Positions 33,468 through 38,804 of a stretch of 38,804 bases of DNA are shown piece by piece (the stretch's first letter is position 1; each line of letters starts with the position of its first letter). A program made the translations under genes and the position numbers. This DNA is from Folioceros fuciformis (taxonomy: Eukaryota), in contig JBNGIO010006094.1 of assembly GCA_049999805.1 (NCBI GenBank), forward strand, positions 56,503-95,306. The letters are read 5' to 3'. Under the pieces are notes generated by a model. The model was not told the DNA's origin and made no database searches. It was given only the letters and a program-made list of their open reading frames with translations.

Positions 33468-33993
33468 CTTGGTGTGTCGAAGCAAGTGTTGAAGTGGTTG
33501 CTTGATTAGGAGAAAAGCTTAGAAGAGCAATGTGTAAGAAGGAGCAAGGCTGAATGCCTTCCCTTAAACACAAAGCCATGCTTATAAACCTATGTAGAGA
33601 ACCCTATAAGATCTCCTTTTCCCTTTTTTTCTTAAGATAAAAATGATAAAAAAATAGAAACATACTTTTCTATTTTTTTCATTCCTTCAAAAAAAAGGAA
33701 AAATTGTAGGACACTAAAACTAATCCTATAAAGATAGTGAGACTAGATTTAGTGTATGGCATGGGTGAGCCCAACTACACAGTTGTACGAAAGCGACAAC
33801 AAAGATATTGTTGTGACTTCCAGTGGTGGTCTTGTCATTCCAATCTGCTAACGAGAACGACATATCTATTGCTTCTATCCATAAGCGAGCAGATAGAGCT
33901 TCATGCGTCCATTGCTCACCTAGATAGTGATACATAGGTAATTTAGCCATTGGATCTAGAGACCATGGTAAGAGCCATGTGGCACTGATACCA

Positions 33994-34198
33994 AGTTAGA
34001 ATTGCATGCGGAAGCGTCTTAAGCAAAGATGCTATATTAACAAATTAAATCAAGTGTGTTCATAGGTGGGCTTTTATAGGTGGCCTCGCAAGGGGTGTGT
34101 CCTTTCGCTAGCCTAGCTAACTACCTATACTAACTGCTAGGTCTAGCTGACTAACCACATTGGTACAGAACCAACGTGGTCTACTATTATATCTAACT
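33994..34198 (-). repeat. 5' LTR of copia B
   Basis: Directly followed on the minus strand by an iMet-type PBS. Confidence 0.95.
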
Positions 34199-35462
34199 TG
34201 GCGGTGTGGGAGGACACTGAAGCCAACATGTTGAGGAGCCTGGAGGGCTTGGAGGACCTGGACAGCGGGTACTATGAGGAGACACCTGCTATGGCTGTCC
34301 AAACGCGGACGAAGATACGGGATGCCAACCAAAAGGTGGATGCTTCCGGGAGAGGAGAGCAGGGGAAGAAAGGAAAGAAGGGCAGAACGGTAGTTTTGGA
34401 CACGTATGAAGATGAGAACAACTCGACTTCATCAGGCAGTGAAGGATGGGCGACGGAACAACCAAGGAGTGGTGCAGCGACCTAGCCAAGTAGACCAATG
34501 GGCAATCGTATGGGTCTGGGAAATGAGGAGCAAAGCATGGGCGTTGCAGCAAATGCTAGTAGCAAGGTGCAGGAACAAGAGAGTTTAGGAATGAAGTCGC
34601 AAAGTCTGGCGAAAAACCCTCAGGAGAAAAATATGGATAAGTTAGTGTTTCTGCCAGATGTCAGAAAGGAGGTGATGGAGATGATCCGAGAAGAACTGGA
34701 GTAGATCCCGACTATTCCATCTGTACCAGTTTCTGGTCGTCCTGATTCCACAACCGCCGTGCCTAATTCCACAACCGCTATACCTAAAGGAGCTACCACG
34801 GTCGTTGAAGCTCGGGTTAGTGCAAGCGCTGAGAAGGGGAGAGGAGCTACCACGATTGCTAAAGCTCGGGTTAGTGCAAACGCTGAGAAGGGGAGAACAC
34901 ATGCAGACGAGGCCTTCAATTTGGCGAAGGCTGTCATGGACCACAAGCTCATGGTAACATTGGGACAGCTTCTCCAAGACAACCCGCGGTACCGTCAACA
35001 AATTCGGAGAGCATTGAAGGCAGCCCAACCCAAGAAGAAGCGGAGTCTCCCCAAGCTAAGGAAGAAGCCACTTGCTGTGAACCTGGTGGCCATGGTTGAT
35101 CAAGGTCCTGCAAAGTTGGAGAAAGAGATCTTGGGGTGTTAATCAAGAAGGTACCTTTGGATACCGGTTCCAGGGTCAACATCATGATGGAGGATACAGC
35201 CCATAAGCTGGGGCTAGAGATAGAGCACACGGCTAAGGTGTTGTGACTCGCAAATATGTTTAGGATGGCACCTGTAGGGGAGGTAACTGGAGTGCTGACC
35301 CATATTGGTACCATTCCGTACCTCATGGACTATGTGGTCATCCAACAAAAAGCTCCTTGATATGATGTGTTGATTGGCTGGACGTGGATGTATGGAGCCA
35401 CGTTGTACCTTCAAGTGGGGAAGGAAGGAAGTAAGCTTCAAACCTCTGGACTGTGATCCCAA
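34199..35462 (+). pseudogene. Ty3 gag-protease linker and aspartic protease
   Basis: AVQTRTK, VTLGQLLQDNP, PLDTGSRVNIM (catalytic DTG near 35160), YDVLIGWTWM; stops and frameshifts; cut off by A2. Confidence 0.85.
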
Positions 35463-35767
35463 GGATAAAGAAGGAAGTGAAGGATCGTTAGAGGAGCCAC
35501 ATGGTGAAGGAGGAGAGGAGGAATCAAGGAGGAGAGGAGAAAGAGAGGTCACACTCTCACATAGAGTCTCAATTGCAAGGGAGCTCAAGGGGGTATTTAC
35601 ACCTCTAGAGGAGCTCCCAAGGAAGCTTCACAAGAAGCGCACAGGAAGCTGCGCAAGAAGATTCCTACATATTAGCTTAAGCTAATCTAAACAAATGATA
35701 CTTAACTAGACACTAATCTTAGACTAAACACATTAGTCTAAGCACATTGAGCTTTAATAACCCTACA
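35463..35767 (-). repeat. 3' LTR of copia A2
   Basis: Homologous to 1503-1809; terminal CA reads CC here. Confidence 0.87.
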
Positions 35768-36015
35768 ACCTCCCACTTAAAGGCCAATTTACCTTCATAG
35801 GAGAGTGGTCTACGTCATGCCCATGAGTGTTCGAGCTTGTGCGAACTGCTTTATAGAGAGCCCCTTGGTGAGAAATATCTGTAGGGTTCTGACTGGTGTG
35901 AACTTTGACAAGCTGTACCCTCTTGTCTTCCAACACCTCTCAAATGAAGTGATACTTCACTTCCACATGTTTGGCCTTTGCATGAAACACTGGATTCTTT
36001 GCCAATTGGATAGCA

Positions 36016-37342
36016 TGTGGAGTGAAACTTGCGCCCAAGAACCACCAAGGGGCCACACTTCCCCTTATTATTGTTGCAGTCTTATGATTCGCTCCCAAGG
36101 GAGTGAACTAATGTCAAGGTCACCTACATCTCCCTAATCTCACCCTATCTATCAGCATATACCAAGTGCTACAGCAATAGGTCAGAAGTCTCGGTCCTGT
36201 CTTCAGCTCCTACCACAACACCAACCCCAGCCTCAACAAAATGAGAACTCCAGCATTGTCTTCAGCCTTCATTTCCAGCTCCAAGTATCAATCACTTCAG
36301 TGCTAAGAGGAGGCTCCAGCCCCAAGTCTGGCCTCCAACTCTCAGCACCTAGTGCTAGCTACCTCCGCAACTGAACGAGAACCTCAACTTCAGCTACCTC
36401 CTCACTCCAGCTCCAACACTTCATTCCACCACTTCAGCACTTCACTTGAGCACTTCAGACCTTCACTTCAGCACTTCAGTCCTTCACTTCAGCACTCCAC
36501 TTCACCCTCCAGCCCCTCACTTCAGCTCAACTCCTCACTTCAACACTTCCACTTCCAAAATCTGCAACTCAACCCTTCTCTCCTGCAATTTGGAACACAA
36601 CAGCCTTCCCTCTTGCAGCCTTCAAGGCAAAGGCGAGGCCTAGGGCTGGGTAGCCTCCTTGGCTCACGGCCCTGCAACCTCACCTCAGCCAGCATGCAAG
36701 GTGGTCAGCCAGTGCAGATCCGGCCACACGAATCTTGGCAGTCTCGGGATCCTCCACGTTCCCCTAGTGGCAAGGGAAATCAAGACCTTGGTTTAGTCTC
36801 AACCAGCTTAGCGCCCTAAGCCAGGAGTTCTGCACCCAAGGTCCAGGGAAATCGCACCGTAGACAGCCTCCTCCTCAATGGCAGGTCTAGCCTCTTATAC
36901 TACCTTGGCCCAAACCTCCATCTCTATCTATTAGGGTTAGCCTCAGTCAACCACCCAACAATCTCTCTCTGACCTAAGCCAGCCCTAATTCTTACCTAAA
37001 CCTAACTCTGACCTAACCCTAACTTTGACCCAAACCTAGTTCTGACCTGAAAGGGGTTGTGTCCCATGGACACCACTGGGTGCCCTTACCAAAATTGACC
37101 AACCTCTCAAGACTACCAAAATGGTCAGTGCCTCTCAACCCTCTCCCTCCTCTCTCAAATCATTCCATCCCTTCTCTCAGATCATTCCAGCAACCCTTCA
37201 AAGACACATCTCACCTCACCATTAATCTAGCTACTAATCTTTCCTAATCTTTTAACTATTTCACCACAGGGTTCACTTAGAGATTCCCAAAAAGAGAAAT
37301 CCTACCATTTTCCAAGGACCTATTCAGGATGTGGAGTCCACA
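36016..37342 (-). mobile_element. Solo LTR (1327 bp), related to the element G LTR, inserted in A2 RNaseH
   Basis: TGTGGA...TCCACA termini; perfect TSD TAGCA (36011-36015, 37343-37347); removing it restores SQSAIQLAKNPVFH; no internal coding domains recognised. Confidence 0.92.
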
Positions 37343-38804
37343 TAGCACTCTGGCTATCACAATGCAACACTGGTAGCTCAACCTTGATCCCCAAATCTCC
37401 CACTAAACGAGCAAGCTACATGGCTTCTTTGCAAGCCTCAGTCGCTGCAACATACTCGGCCTTGGTGGTAGATAGCGTTATGCACGATTGCAAACGAGAT
37501 AGCCATGAGATTGCCCCTCTAGTGCACATGAAGACATAACTTGATGTGGACCTCCTTTTGTCCATATCCCCTGCATAATCAATATCCGTATATCGTACTA
37601 TAGATGCATCTTCACTACCAAAACATAAGCACAAAGCTTTTGTACCATTCAAGTACTTCATAACTCCTTTCACTACCTCCCAATGCTTCCTGGCAGGGTT
37701 TGACATAAACCTGCTAACCACTCCTACTGCAAAAGCAATGTCAGGACGTATAGCAATCATTGCATACATCAAACTCCCTACAGCTGATGCGTATGGAACC
37801 TTCTCCATTTCAGCTTTGTCCTCCGCAAAGCTTGGGCAATCCTTGCTCGAAAGTTTCACATATGGAGGCAACGAAGTACTCAATACCTTCCGCTTGTCCA
37901 TGTTGAAACGTTGAAGCACCCTGTTAATGTGTTCAGTCTGAGACAAGTAAACCAAATGCTTATGTCTGTCTCGACAAATACGCATACCAAGAATATGGCT
38001 TGCCTCTCCCAAGTCTATCATGTCAAAGCGAGCATTCAACTTTGACTTCAACACTGAAATCTCATCAGTGCTTTTCCTAGCAATTAGCATATCATCCACA
38101 TAGAGGACCAGAATGAGCAAGCTTCCATCCTTAGCTTGCTTCGTATAGAGGCAATGATCCTCCTCGCTACGTTTGTAGCCTTGAGAAAGCATAAATGAGT
38201 GGAACTTGTAATACCACTACCTGGGTGCCTGTTTCAAACCATAAAGGCTCTTCTTTAACCTGCACACCAGATTCTCTTTGCCCTTCTCAATGAAACCCTC
38301 TAGTTGTTGCATGTATACCTCTTCCTGGATATCACCATGCAGAAATGCCGACTTCACATCCATATGGACAAGTTCCATGTCATTCCTCGCAACCAGAGCA
38401 AGAACACATCGCAAGGTGGTCATTTTGACAACTGGTGAGAAATCTCATCAAAGTCAATACCTTGCTGTTGCTTAAAACCCTTAGCAACCAATTGTGCCTT
38501 GTACTTGGGTTTGCCATAATGGAATATATCTTTCATCTTATACACCCATTGATAACATAATCCAGAGATGCAACATACCTATTAGGAGGACGTGAAATCC
38601 TTCCTGACCTACGAAGCACATGTGCCTCGACCGAAGCTGGTTGCACTCTCTCTTCTTCTACAAGTGGAGGAGCGGGTTCCTACACATCACGACGTTCAAC
38701 CTGCCCCGATGGTCAAGTCCATCTTCTTGGAAGACCACCCGTCGCACCTCCACAGTTGGAGTAGGCTTCTTGTGCATCTTGGTCTCATTGAAGAACACGT
38801 CATT

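Larger units (their letters stand above)
27468..34198 (-). mobile_element. Full-length degenerate copia B with AG..CT LTR termini
   Basis: 205-bp LTRs with 9 differences by eye; TSD TGGCA/TGGCG; PBS TGGTATCAGTGCC (33993-33981); PPT GAAAGGGAG (27681-27673); copia domain order. Confidence 0.95.
15891..35462 (+). mobile_element. Old Ty3/gypsy element G (Athila/Tat-like) interrupted by copias E, B and A2
   Basis: Long LTR-like region ending TCACA at 18223; Asp-type PBS; gag reads through once E and B are removed (VERY|VLSKVERL and DALMA|VWEDTEA); protease before the A2 insertion. Confidence 0.85.
35463..38804 (-). mobile_element. copia A2, second copy of family A in inverted orientation, 3' portion
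   Basis: Reverse complement aligns with 1-1809 (position 1 pairs with 38797); LTR 35463-35767; RT/RNaseH ORF 37416-38192 (VPYASAVGSLMYAM). Confidence 0.95.

Noticed and set aside
36352-36819. Ser/Leu/Gln/His-rich ORF (also 17393-17830)
   Set aside because: Product of CTTCAG-type low-complexity LTR repeats on a stop-poor strand.
36970-37050. Telomere-like CCTAA repeats
   Set aside because: Short, degenerate and internal to a solo LTR; not a TTTAGGG array.
1-38804. Whole window as one giant TIR element or composite transposon
   Set aside because: The inverted arms are ordinary copia pol/LTR sequences, each inserted into a different host element.

Overview
Land-plant nuclear DNA (spliceosomal introns, tRNA-iMet and tRNA-Asp primer sites, plant-type RAD4). 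The species cannot be determined from the sequence. One host gene, a multi-exon RAD4/XPC on the minus strand (9854-13675), sits inside a dense transposon nest. Left of it: the 3' end of a Tnt1/Tork-like copia (A1, 1-1809), a decayed non-autonomous copia (B', 1810-5025), a copia remnant, and a Mutator-like element with ~350-bp TIRs carrying a broken SWIM-type MULE transposase plus a convergent RPA1-C-type OB-fold gene. Right of it: a truncated copia (D) and an old Athila/Tat-like Ty3 element (G) interrupted by a young copia (E, 19018-26261, TSD GATAC), a copia with AG..CT LTR termini (B, 27468-34198) and an inverted second copy of family A (A2, 35463 to end), which itself holds a 1.3-kb solo LTR. 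Best novelty candidates: (1) the MULE plus RPA-like two-gene element with MuDR-like layout; (2) copia E, with an extra 5' ORF joined to gag by an ATGA overlap and an antisense 3' ORF; (3) a copia family with AGTT...AACT termini and its own extra 5' ORF. There are three 100-N assembly gaps. All family assignments come from motif recognition by eye, not database searches.
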